Of a DNA stretch of 64,000 nt, positions 19,506 through 27,923 are shown one piece after another. Within the stretch, counting starts at the first letter, position 1. Every line of letters begins with the position of its first letter. The DNA is from Planctomycetota bacterium (GTDB lineage: Bacteria; Planctomycetota; UBA8108; SXIK01). The stretch is taken from the NCBI GenBank assembly GCA_965223845.1, contig CBDCXR010000004.1, positions 6,304,001 through 6,368,000 on the forward strand, written 5' to 3'. The notes under the pieces were generated by a model. The model did no database searches. It was not told the DNA's origin and saw nothing but the letters and a program-made list of their open reading frames with translations. A program made the translations under genes and the position numbers.

Positions 19506-20885
19506 ATGAAGACCCGCGAGCGCAGAGTCTCCCCCCTCCGGACGAGGACCCGCGGCGCGGCCGTCGGCGCGGCCGTCGGCGCGGCCGCGTTCGTTTGGGT
19601 GGGCGTGATCGCCGCCGCAGACTCGCTGACCGAAAAGCCGGCGCCGAAGCCGGTCGCCGCCGAGCCCCTCGTGGGCGCGCCGCTCGCGCTCCGCGTTCTC
19701 CCCGAACGCGTGTACACCTCGACGCCGATTCGCCTGCGGCTCGCTCCGCCCGCGGAGCTCGAGCCGGTGGGCGAGATCCGGTGGCGCTGCGAGAGCGGGC
19801 TCCTTCTCTACGACGATCTGCGGGAGGTCGAGTGGAAGCCTCCGTCCGCGTCCGCGAAGGTGCGCGTCAGCGTCGAGTTCACGACGGGCGGCGGAAAACG
19901 CCGGCGGATCGATCGCTCGATCACCGTCCGCGAGCCGTCGACGGACGGGATGGTTTGGGTGCCGCGCGGTGTGTTCCGGCGTGGCGACGTTACCGGAACG
20001 AATCTCCGCGACCAGGACAAGACGGCGCAGAACCTGAGCGACGAACCGGATCACGACGTGAGCCTCGACGGCTACTGGATCGATCGCCATCCGGTGACGA
20101 ACGCTGCGTACTGCGAGTTCCTGAACGATGCGTATCGTCAGGGCCTTGTCGGCGTCGAGGGCGTCGGAGTCTTCGGCGCGTTCGAAGGTGCCTGGACGCC
20201 GTTTTACTACTTTCGTTCGTACGAAGAGCTCGTTGCCGACTTCCTCAAGACCGTGAATCCGCGGACCCCCGATTTTCTCCATCTCATCGGCTGGGACGCG
20301 GAGGCGCGGCGGTTCTTCGTTCGGAAGCCGGAAACCGCACGCTCTCCCGTCGTCGATGTGACGTGGGCCGGTGCGGCGGCGTTCGCGCGATACTACGGCC
20401 GACGACTTCCGACCGAGGCTCAGTGGGAGCGCGCGGCGCGCGGGGACGACGGGCGCCGGTACCCGTGGGGAAACCGCCCGCCGACCGTGTACGACACGAA
20501 CGTCAACTTCCACCGTGGAGTCGACCCGCAGCCGATCGGTTCCTTTCCGGGCGGCGACAGCCCGTTCGGTGTGGCCGACATGGTGTCGGGGTACTTCGAA
20601 TGGTCGGGCGACTGGTTCAACCTGAGCTACTACGACGACCACCGCGCACCCGTTCCCCTCGCGAATCCGACGGGCCCCTTCTGGGGCGAGGCGCACGCGG
20701 TTCGCGGACAGGCGAATGCGGTGTTCTATCCGAGCTCGCTTCTCGATGTCGAAGAGCCGGTGGCGACGCGGTACCACTGGACGTTCGAATTCTTCGTCGG
20801 CGACATGTTCGCGAACTCCGAGACGACGTTTCGGACGGCGTACGTCCCCGGTCCGGATGAACTCCGCTATGAAGATCCGTTCTGA
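19506..20885 (+). CDS. Secreted FGE-sulfatase (SUMF1/EgtB/PvdO/NirV-fold) protein with N-terminal Ig-like domain
   Basis: DEPDHDVSLDGYWIDRHPVTNAAY, PVVDVTW, RLPTEAQWERAARG, YPWG and SPFGVADMVS, plus a hydrophobic N-terminal signal. Confidence 0.88.
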   Translation: MKTRERRVSPLRTRTRGAAVGAAVGAAAFVWVGVIAAADSLTEKPAPKPVAAEPLVGAPLALRVLPERVYTSTPIRLRLAPPAELEPVGEIRWRCESGLLLYDDLREVEWKPPSASAKVRVSVEFTTGGGKRRRIDRSITVREPSTDGMVWVPRGVFRRGDVTGTNLRDQDKTAQNLSDEPDHDVSLDGYWIDRHPVTNAAYCEFLNDAYRQGLVGVEGVGVFGAFEGAWTPFYYFRSYEELVADFLKTVNPRTPDFLHLIGWDAEARRFFVRKPETARSPVVDVTWAGAAAFARYYGRRLPTEAQWERAARGDDGRRYPWGNRPPTVYDTNVNFHRGVDPQPIGSFPGGDSPFGVADMVSGYFEWSGDWFNLSYYDDHRAPVPLANPTGPFWGEAHAVRGQANAVFYPSSLLDVEEPVATRYHWTFEFFVGDMFANSETTFRTAYVPGPDELRYEDPF

Positions 20886-20957
20886 GAGCGATCTCGCGGA
20901 ACCGGCACCGGTCGATTCCGCTCGAGGTCCGATCCTTCGTCGAGCGTCGCGGGAGCG

Positions 20958-23795
20958 GTGAAGCGGACGATCGAGCCGCGTGGGCGGCGGCGCGCGTGGG
21001 TCGTCGCGGCCATGCTCATCGCCGCCGGCGCGTTTTGCGCGATGCGCGCCGGTTCCGGCGGAGCGCGCGCGGACGCCGAAGGCGGAGCGGCAGGCGGGGA
21101 TCGCGAGAGCGCCGCACGGAACCCGGACCGCGATCCTCACGCGGATCTCAGCTCCGCGGATTTCGCCGGTCCCGAGGCGTGCGGCCGGTGCCACCCGCGC
21201 CAGTACCTCGAGTGGCGGGGATCGGCTCACGCGTACTCAGCGTTCGACCCGATCTTCATCGCGTGCAACCGGCGCGCGCAAGAGGTGACGGACGGCGAGA
21301 TCGGAAAGCTGTGCCTCGGCTGTCACGCCCCGCTCGGCGCGCGGACGGGCGAGCTCTCCCCGCGGTTCGAGAGTCTCGTGGGGCAGTCGCGGGCCGTCGA
21401 AGCGGGCGTTTCCTGCGAAGTCTGTCACCGGATGAAGCCGCCGCTCGAGGGCGAAGAGTTGGGGAACGCGAGCTTCGAGCTCGCCGGTCGCGATGTCGTC
21501 TACGGCCGACTCCTCAACCCCGAGCCGACGACGGCGCACCGGTCGGTCACGAGCGAGTTCATCGGCGAGAGCGCCCATTGCGGCAGCTGTCACGACGTGA
21601 TCCACAACGGTGGCGCGATCGAGAAGGCGTTCGAGGAGTGGTCGAATTCGATCTATCGCGAGCGTGGTCAGAAGTGCCAGGATTGCCACATGCTCCGCTA
21701 CAGCGGCTCGGCCGCCGTCGGCGGTCGATTCCGTCACGAGCTGCGGCGCCACAACTTTCCTGCGGCGTCGATTCCACTCGTCGAGTTTCCGAATCGCGGC
21801 TACCAGTCGGAAGAGGTGCGGAAGATCCTCCGCACGGCCGCTCGTCTCGCGGTGATCGCGCCGGAAGAAGTGCCCGCCGGGGGTGAGCTTCCGCTCACGG
21901 TGCTCGTGCGAAACTCCGGCGCCGGCCACAATCTCCCGACGGGTCTCTCGACGTTTCGACAGATGTGGCTCGAGGTGACCGTGAAGAGCGACGCGGACGA
22001 GGTGCTCTTTCGCTCGGGCGACCTGGACGCAAACGGAGATCTCCGCGATCGGCACAGCGAGCTCGATCCGAACGGCGATGCGGCCCTCGTCTCGTTCAGT
22101 GATCGGTTCTTGGATGCCGAAGGTCGCGAGGTGCGCTTCTTCTACGAGGCCGACCGACTCGTCGAGCATTCGCTCCGGCCACTCGAGGAGCGAAGCTCGC
22201 TCTTTCGCATCGCGCTTCCGACGACCGCGGCCGGCGAACGTGTTCGTGTTCGCGTTCGGCTGCTCTTTCGGTCGTACCCGCCCTACGGGCTGCGGTTTCT
22301 CGGTCTCGACGAACTCACCCGCGAGCTTCCGATCTGGGTGATGGCGAATCACACTTCGGAATGGCTTCCGGTCGTCGAAGCGCTCCGCCGGCGCGAGGAG
22401 TACCGCGTCCCCGGGGATTTCTCGTCGATTCAGGCGGCGATCGACGCCCTCAGCGACGGCGATCGCGTGCTCGTCGCGGCCGGCGAGTACGAGCTCGCCG
22501 CGCCGCTCGATTTTCGCGGGAAGGCGATCGCCGTCGTCGGCGAGGGGATTCATCACGACGCGAAGCTGCGGTTGGCGGAGGCGGCGCGCGAGGGAGACGC
22601 GGCAAGCGTCGTCGTGTTTCGAAGCGGTGAGGGCGCGGACGCGCGACTCGAAGGGTTCACGCTGAGCGGTGGACGCGGAACTCGAGTCGACGGATTCCGT
22701 CAGGGGGGCGGTGTCTACGTCTTTCGCTCCGATCCCTCGATCGTCCGAAATCGCATCGAGGACTGTTCCGCGGCGGGTGGCGTCGGTGGGGGGATCTCCG
22801 TCGACGGAGGACGTCCTCGTGTCGAGGGGAACATCGTGACGCGCTGCCTCGCCGGACGCGGCGGCGCTCTCGCGTACCGCGCCGGTCGGGACGGTGGATG
22901 GGAGCTGACGGGGAACGAGTTCTCTGCGAATCTCGCGGATCGCGGCGGCGCGCTTTACTTCGAGCGCGGCGCGGTCGCATCGGTCGTCCGATCCCTGTTC
23001 AGCGGCAATGTCGCGCGCGACGACGGCGCGACGATCGACGCGGGTGAGGGCGCGAGCGTTCGCGTTGAGCACGCGACGATCGTCTTCGACAGCGTACGCC
23101 CGGTTCCGGCGACGGCGGCGATTCCGCTCGAGGCCGGTGCGCTCGCCGGAAGCGGGGCGATCGTCGTGAGGAACTCCATCGTTTGGTCGAACTCGCCTGG
23201 GCCGGGCTCGGCGGAGTACGAGTACTCGTTCGTCGATGCGGCGGTCGAGGGAGAGCACGTGCGAAAGGAGTTCCCGCTTTTCCGCGACCCTACCGGCGAG
23301 TGGGCGCCGCTCTCGCGCGCGGAGCGAAAAGAAGGCCGTTGGGCCGGCTTTCCCGGCCGCTGGATCGGTGGTGACTACCGTCTGCTGCCCGGGTCACCGG
23401 CGATCGACGCGGGGGACCCGATCGCTGAGCCGGACGCGGATGACAGCCGGAGCGACGCCGGCTTCGAGCCGTTTCCTCAGCCTCTTCGCGGGTACATTCG
23501 CGGGGATGTCGACGGCAACGGAACGGTGGACGTCGCGGACGTCGTTCGGCTCGCACTCGTTCTTCGCGGCGGAGGATCCGCTGGGTCGCGGCCGGTCCGG
23601 TGTCGCGACGCGCTCGACGTCGACGATTCGGGAGCGATCGAGTCGCTCGATCTCGTTCGTCTCGCGGTGCACGTCTTTACGGGGCTTCTTCCGCCGCGTC
23701 CTCCGTTCCCGGCCTGCGGAGTGGACCCGACGCCGGGCGAAGGGCTGTCCTGCCTCGAGAAAGGCGACCCTTGCGTAGACGCGCCTCCGGAGTGA
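20958..23795 (+). CDS. Secreted pentaheme c-type cytochrome + right-handed beta-helix + dockerin-like tail
   Basis: Five CxxCH motifs (CGRCH, CLGCH, CEVCH, CGSCH, CQDCH) and GHNLPTG. The beta-helix runs from VPGDFSSIQAAID to DYRLLPGSPAIDAG, followed by the RGDVDGNGTVDVADV dockerin-like tail. Confidence 0.88.
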   Translation: MKRTIEPRGRRRAWVVAAMLIAAGAFCAMRAGSGGARADAEGGAAGGDRESAARNPDRDPHADLSSADFAGPEACGRCHPRQYLEWRGSAHAYSAFDPIFIACNRRAQEVTDGEIGKLCLGCHAPLGARTGELSPRFESLVGQSRAVEAGVSCEVCHRMKPPLEGEELGNASFELAGRDVVYGRLLNPEPTTAHRSVTSEFIGESAHCGSCHDVIHNGGAIEKAFEEWSNSIYRERGQKCQDCHMLRYSGSAAVGGRFRHELRRHNFPAASIPLVEFPNRGYQSEEVRKILRTAARLAVIAPEEVPAGGELPLTVLVRNSGAGHNLPTGLSTFRQMWLEVTVKSDADEVLFRSGDLDANGDLRDRHSELDPNGDAALVSFSDRFLDAEGREVRFFYEADRLVEHSLRPLEERSSLFRIALPTTAAGERVRVRVRLLFRSYPPYGLRFLGLDELTRELPIWVMANHTSEWLPVVEALRRREEYRVPGDFSSIQAAIDALSDGDRVLVAAGEYELAAPLDFRGKAIAVVGEGIHHDAKLRLAEAAREGDAASVVVFRSGEGADARLEGFTLSGGRGTRVDGFRQGGGVYVFRSDPSIVRNRIEDCSAAGGVGGGISVDGGRPRVEGNIVTRCLAGRGGALAYRAGRDGGWELTGNEFSANLADRGGALYFERGAVASVVRSLFSGNVARDDGATIDAGEGASVRVEHATIVFDSVRPVPATAAIPLEAGALAGSGAIVVRNSIVWSNSPGPGSAEYEYSFVDAAVEGEHVRKEFPLFRDPTGEWAPLSRAERKEGRWAGFPGRWIGGDYRLLPGSPAIDAGDPIAEPDADDSRSDAGFEPFPQPLRGYIRGDVDGNGTVDVADVVRLALVLRGGGSAGSRPVRCRDALDVDDSGAIESLDLVRLAVHVFTGLLPPRPPFPACGVDPTPGEGLSCLEKGDPCVDAPPE

Positions 23796-23981
23796 GCATC
23801 GCCCACCGGCCGAACGGGGGAACGTCTCCGCGGATTCGATCGTTGAAGAGGCGGCGGCGCACTCCGGCTGGTTCGCGCCGGCCCGACTCGAACTGAGCTC
23901 GCCGCTCGTATGGGGCGCTCGAAGACGCGCGAGGCGCGAGGGCACCTCCGTTCTCTCTCTTCAGTGAGGTTGACTGTAAAC

Positions 23982-25046
23982 ATGACGAGCGCGATCCCGC
24001 AGCCGCGGACGAGCGAAGGTGCTGACCGATCGACCCAGGAGCTGCGCGCGTATCTCAGCACGTACTACGGACGCGTTCTCGAGCGGACCGAAGACCTCGA
24101 GCAAAAAGCTTGCTGCGCCGACGACACCAAGCGGCGCTACGCCGACGTGATCGATCTCATCCCGACCGAGGTGAAGGCGCGGAACTACGGCTGCGGGTGC
24201 GCCATTCCGCCGGACGACCTCACCGGGCTTCGCATCCTCGATCTCGGTTCGGGCGCGGGTCTCGACGCGTTCATCGCGGCGCGTCTCGTCGGACCGACCG
24301 GGCGCGTGATCGGGGTCGACATGACGGCCGAGCAGCTCGCGATCGCCCGCCGAAATATCGGCCCTGTCATGAAAGCTTACGCCTACGTCGAGCCAAACGT
24401 CGAATTCCACGAGGGATACATCGAAACGGCCGAATCGATTCCGGACGGATCGGTTGATTTGGTGGTCTCGGACTGCGTGATCAACCTGTCTCCGCGCAAG
24501 GACCTCGTGCTGGGGGCGGCTTATCGGGTCCTCGCGGCGGGAGGGGAGCTCTACGTGTCCGATATCGTGGCCGATCGTCACGTCCCCGAGGAGATCCGGA
24601 GTGACCGGAAGCTCGTCGCCGAGTGTCTCGGCGGCGCGCTCTACGAGCACGAGTTCCTCGATACCGTGCGGGACGCGGGCTTTGGCGACCCGCGGATCGT
24701 GACGCGGAGTCTCGTCGAGGAAGACGTCGCCGGAGTGCCGATCCGCTTCTATTCCGTCACTGTGCGTGCGTTCAAGCTCGAGGGCGAGTGGGATCGGCGC
24801 TGCGAGGACTACGGGCAGATCGCGCGCTATCTCGGCAACTGCGAGGCGGCCTCGGCGCGCTTCACTCTCGACGACCACCACGTGTTCGAGGCGGGGCGGC
24901 CGACGGCGGTCTGCCGGAATACGGCGCGCATGCTGTCGGAGACGCGACTCCAGCGCTATTTCGAAGTGACGGCGCCGGGGCGGCACTTGGGGCTCTTCGA
25001 TTGCGGGGGTGGGGAGGACGGAGCGTCGGGCGCGCCGTGCTGTTGA
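23982..25046 (+). CDS. arsM: Arsenite S-adenosylmethionine methyltransferase-like protein (long AS3MT-like form)
   Basis: YYG...KACC, NYGCG, LDLGSGAGLD, SDCVINLSP, ECLGGAL, CEDYGQ...LDDHHVF and a terminal CC. Confidence 0.8.
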   Translation: MTSAIPQPRTSEGADRSTQELRAYLSTYYGRVLERTEDLEQKACCADDTKRRYADVIDLIPTEVKARNYGCGCAIPPDDLTGLRILDLGSGAGLDAFIAARLVGPTGRVIGVDMTAEQLAIARRNIGPVMKAYAYVEPNVEFHEGYIETAESIPDGSVDLVVSDCVINLSPRKDLVLGAAYRVLAAGGELYVSDIVADRHVPEEIRSDRKLVAECLGGALYEHEFLDTVRDAGFGDPRIVTRSLVEEDVAGVPIRFYSVTVRAFKLEGEWDRRCEDYGQIARYLGNCEAASARFTLDDHHVFEAGRPTAVCRNTARMLSETRLQRYFEVTAPGRHLGLFDCGGGEDGASGAPCC

Positions 25047-25084
25047 GCGAGCGCAGACGCGCTCGGACCAGGTGCGCGTCGCGT

Positions 25085-25175
25085 CATAGGACGTGGTCTT
25101 GCCGGCGCCGTTGGGGCCGGCGATGACGATAACGATCGGCCGCTCGTCGAGCCCCGGACGAGACTCCTCGGTCAC
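25085..25175 (-). pseudogene. Truncated zeta-toxin-like P-loop ATPase (about 30 codons)
   Basis: VTEESRPGLDERPIVIVIAGPNGAGKTT carries a Walker A motif. Its GTG overlaps the upstream gene's TGA, and similarity ends just after the P-loop. Confidence 0.7.
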
Positions 25176-25500
25176 GGTTGCGCCTGGAAGACTCGCTGAA
25201 CGAACCGTCCCACCGTTTTCGTGCCGTCGGCGTCGATGCGGACCAGCCACCCGGGATGGTCTGCCCGGCGACGAGACGGCGACCCTCAGGCGAGTCGACG
25301 CTCGCGATCGCGGCCGAGATCGGTCTGGCGGCGCCCGAGGGCTTCAGGGCCAGCGCGCGTTCGCCACGGAGTAGAGTCTCGAGCGCGCGCCCGAGTTGCG
25401 CCCAGAATTCGATCGGGCCGGCGATGGATCGCTCGGCGATCTCGGCGGCGGGGCGAGCGTCGAGGACGAGTTCGTCGGCGAGCTTGACGGGTTGGCTCCT
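25172..25500 (-). pseudogene. ParD-like antitoxin, frameshifted, probable lost start codon
   Basis: SQPVKLADELVLDAR..RSIAGPIEFWAQLGR. The C-terminus DHPGWLVRIDADGTKTVGRFVQRVFQAQP* is in another frame (shift near 25262), and AGG stands where ATG is expected. Confidence 0.7.
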
Positions 25501-25723
25501 ACCGAAGGGCAGCATCTTGCTACCTCGATCTCCGGGACTCTGGGCTGAGGATCTCTCAGAGTCCTTTTCTGTAGCAACTTAAGGTGGCTCGCCGAGTCCG
25601 CGGTCCCCGCCCCGGCACGGTGTACTTCAGGAGCGGGCGACGCAACTCCAGCCGTGTCGACAACGTCTTAGATACGAGAACGCATCCGAGCACGGTAGCT
25701 GCGAGCCGAGGAAACGAGACGTC

Positions 25724-26305
25724 GTGGAGACTGAAGCAGAGCATCGCTTTCCGGTCCGGCCAGTCCTGCGGAGCGCGCTTGTCGCGATCCTGATTCTGAT
25801 TCGCGTCTGGTTCGCGGCACCTTCTCTGTCCCGAGGGACGAGTACGAACTGCTGGGATGCGGGCCGATCGTTCACCGCAAACGCGGGCGTCTACCTCTCC
25901 CTCCACGTCAGCGCTGGCGGCGGCCTACCTGGTACCGGGGTTCCGCCCGACGAGAATGCGTTCCCCGAGCTCTACGAAGAAGTGTTGCGGTCGATTCGCG
26001 CCGATTGGAACCCGCGGGAATTCCTTTTCGTTCCGGGCGAGGAGGGGCTAGTCCGCGCGTCCGACGAACAGTTAGACGATCCGACCTGGCCCAAGTATCT
26101 CGTCGACCAGTACGGCAATCCGATTTGGTATCGCGTGCGTGACGGTCGCGCCGAGCTCTGGTGTACGGGTCCGGACGGGAAGAGCGACCCGTTCGGGGAG
26201 AGTTCCGACGACTCTGTCCGAATCTTCAGATTCGATCCGGCGAGCGGGCCACTGCCGCTCGATCCCGAGATGCGGCGCGACGAACCGGGCGCTACTACGC
26301 ATTAG
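25724..26305 (+). CDS. Hypothetical protein with N-terminal TM and GspG-like C-terminal motif
   Basis: VDQYGNPIWY...ELWCTGPDG resembles the DPWGxPY...S.GPDG motif of T2SS G-type domains. Confidence 0.55.
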   Translation: METEAEHRFPVRPVLRSALVAILILIRVWFAAPSLSRGTSTNCWDAGRSFTANAGVYLSLHVSAGGGLPGTGVPPDENAFPELYEEVLRSIRADWNPREFLFVPGEEGLVRASDEQLDDPTWPKYLVDQYGNPIWYRVRDGRAELWCTGPDGKSDPFGESSDDSVRIFRFDPASGPLPLDPEMRRDEPGATTH

Positions 26306-26323
26306 CAGGTGTGCCGATGCCCC

Positions 26324-26759
26324 TCAATTGCGCGGGACAACGTAGCGACGAGTGCTGACCTTCTCGAGTCGATCGACGGAAAGGTGGACGCTCCGAGCGG
26401 CGTTCTCGAACGCGGCGAACTGGCGTTTCACCTGCTCCTGACGCTCGGGGTCCCTCCATGCCGTCCGCAAGTACTCGACTGCCGTTCGCGCACGCTCTGC
26501 GATCTCCGCGTCCGAAATCGACGGCGATCAGCGATCGCAGGCTCTCGGCGATGCGTGGCTCCAAGTCGCCGTTGTCTTGACTGAAAAGCCGCTCGAAAGT
26601 CTGATCGTCCACCCGGACCGGCGTGCTGCCGGGGCCGAAGAACACGCGGTACGCGCAACAAACGGCGACGATGACGGCTGCGATTCCGAGCGCGAGGGGC
26701 GCGAATCTGCGAACTCCACCGGAGGATCGTCTCGTCGTGTCGGCGTCTCTCGGCATCAC
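26324..26759 (-). pseudogene. Hypothetical membrane-anchored protein, probably frameshifted near 26518
   Basis: N-terminal TM is in one frame. A more protein-like continuation, ISDAEIAERARTAVEYLRTAWRDPERQEQVKRQF..., is in another. Confidence 0.4.
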
Positions 26760-27790
26760 TTTGTCGTCGGATTACACTTAGCGCAGACCTGCCCCTTCGC
26801 GATCGCCTTCGCGCAGCACGGATGCGCGCAGTCGTTTCCGCCAGCGCGCGCCTTCGCGCAGCAGCTTCCGTCGCTGAACTTGAGCGCCGTCTTGATCCGT
26901 CCCCACTCGACGTCCTTCGGGTCGGCCATCGATACCTTGTCCTCGCCGGGGAAGTTCGCCGGTGCGATTGTCGTCACCTTGCCGGTTGCGGCCCACTCCG
27001 TGCCGCGGACGAGCACGGTTTGAAAGCCGACGCAGCGGATCGAATCAGTCGGGTCCACGTGCCCCATCGGCGTGTGGAAAACGCGACCCTTCTCGTAGCG
27101 GATCGTCATCATCATGGGCTCGTGGCGCTTGCTCTTCTCGCTGTACGCCGTCGCGAGCAGGGTGAGGTTCTTCACCGGACCGCGGAGCGAGTCGTAGAGC
27201 TCGTCGCGCGCGTGCATCCACTTGAGCGGGAGCCCCTTCGTGATCGGATGCTCCGCGTTCCGCGTGACGATTTGAAACGCGTGCTGCCGCCCGTGGCTGC
27301 CGCCGCGGCCTTTCGAGTGGTCGAGGCTCACCTTGCCGTCCTCGAATCGAAGGTAAGGGCCCGACTTCTCGTTTCGGCCGCCCCAGCCGCCAATGCCGAT
27401 CATCTCGTTGTACTCGCGCCACTTCCCGAAGGAGTTGTTCGCCGCGTGGATGACGACGAAGCCGCCGCCCTTCGCGACAAACTCGGTGAAGCTCTTCTGT
27501 ACTTCCTCGGGCCAGAGGTGACCGTTGTAGTTGCTCACGACGACGTCGTACTTCGAGAAATCCGGCCGCCACTTCGCCCACTCCTCTTCGTTCTTTCCCT
27601 TTGGTGTCGTCGAAACCTCGACCGTGAAGAGTCCCGCGCGCTCGAGTGTGGCCTTGTTGATCGGGGTCATCGCCGCCCAGTTGTGGTTGTTCTGGCCGTC
27701 GACGATGAGGACCTTGATGTTCTCGGCGTGAACGGACGGCGCGAGGGCGAGGAGCACGAGAGCGGCGAGGAGGCGAAGCGGAGAGTTCAT
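26756..27790 (-). CDS. Secreted ThuA-like (class I GATase-fold) protein with Cys-rich tail
   Basis: Signal peptide, then VLIVDGQNNHNW, GGGFVVIHAANN, DELY and GRVFHTPMGH. Tail is CCAKARAGGNDCAHPCCAKAIAKGQVCAKC. Confidence 0.88.
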   Translation of the reverse strand: MNSPLRLLAALVLLALAPSVHAENIKVLIVDGQNNHNWAAMTPINKATLERAGLFTVEVSTTPKGKNEEEWAKWRPDFSKYDVVVSNYNGHLWPEEVQKSFTEFVAKGGGFVVIHAANNSFGKWREYNEMIGIGGWGGRNEKSGPYLRFEDGKVSLDHSKGRGGSHGRQHAFQIVTRNAEHPITKGLPLKWMHARDELYDSLRGPVKNLTLLATAYSEKSKRHEPMMMTIRYEKGRVFHTPMGHVDPTDSIRCVGFQTVLVRGTEWAATGKVTTIAPANFPGEDKVSMADPKDVEWGRIKTALKFSDGSCCAKARAGGNDCAHPCCAKAIAKGQVCAKCNPTTK

Positions 27791-27923
27791 CGGAATTCCT
27801 TCCTGGTTTGAGTATCGGCCGGACGGCGGGGAATCGGAGCGGGAACAAGTATACCCGCACTCGTAGAAAGTTCCGCGCCGCGTGGCTCGAGAGTAATCAC
27901 CCCATCGGCGGCTTTCACAGTCC

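Noticed and set aside
19950-20885. FGE/C-lectin fold as a diversity-generating retroelement target
   Set aside because: No template repeat or reverse transcriptase was seen in the window.
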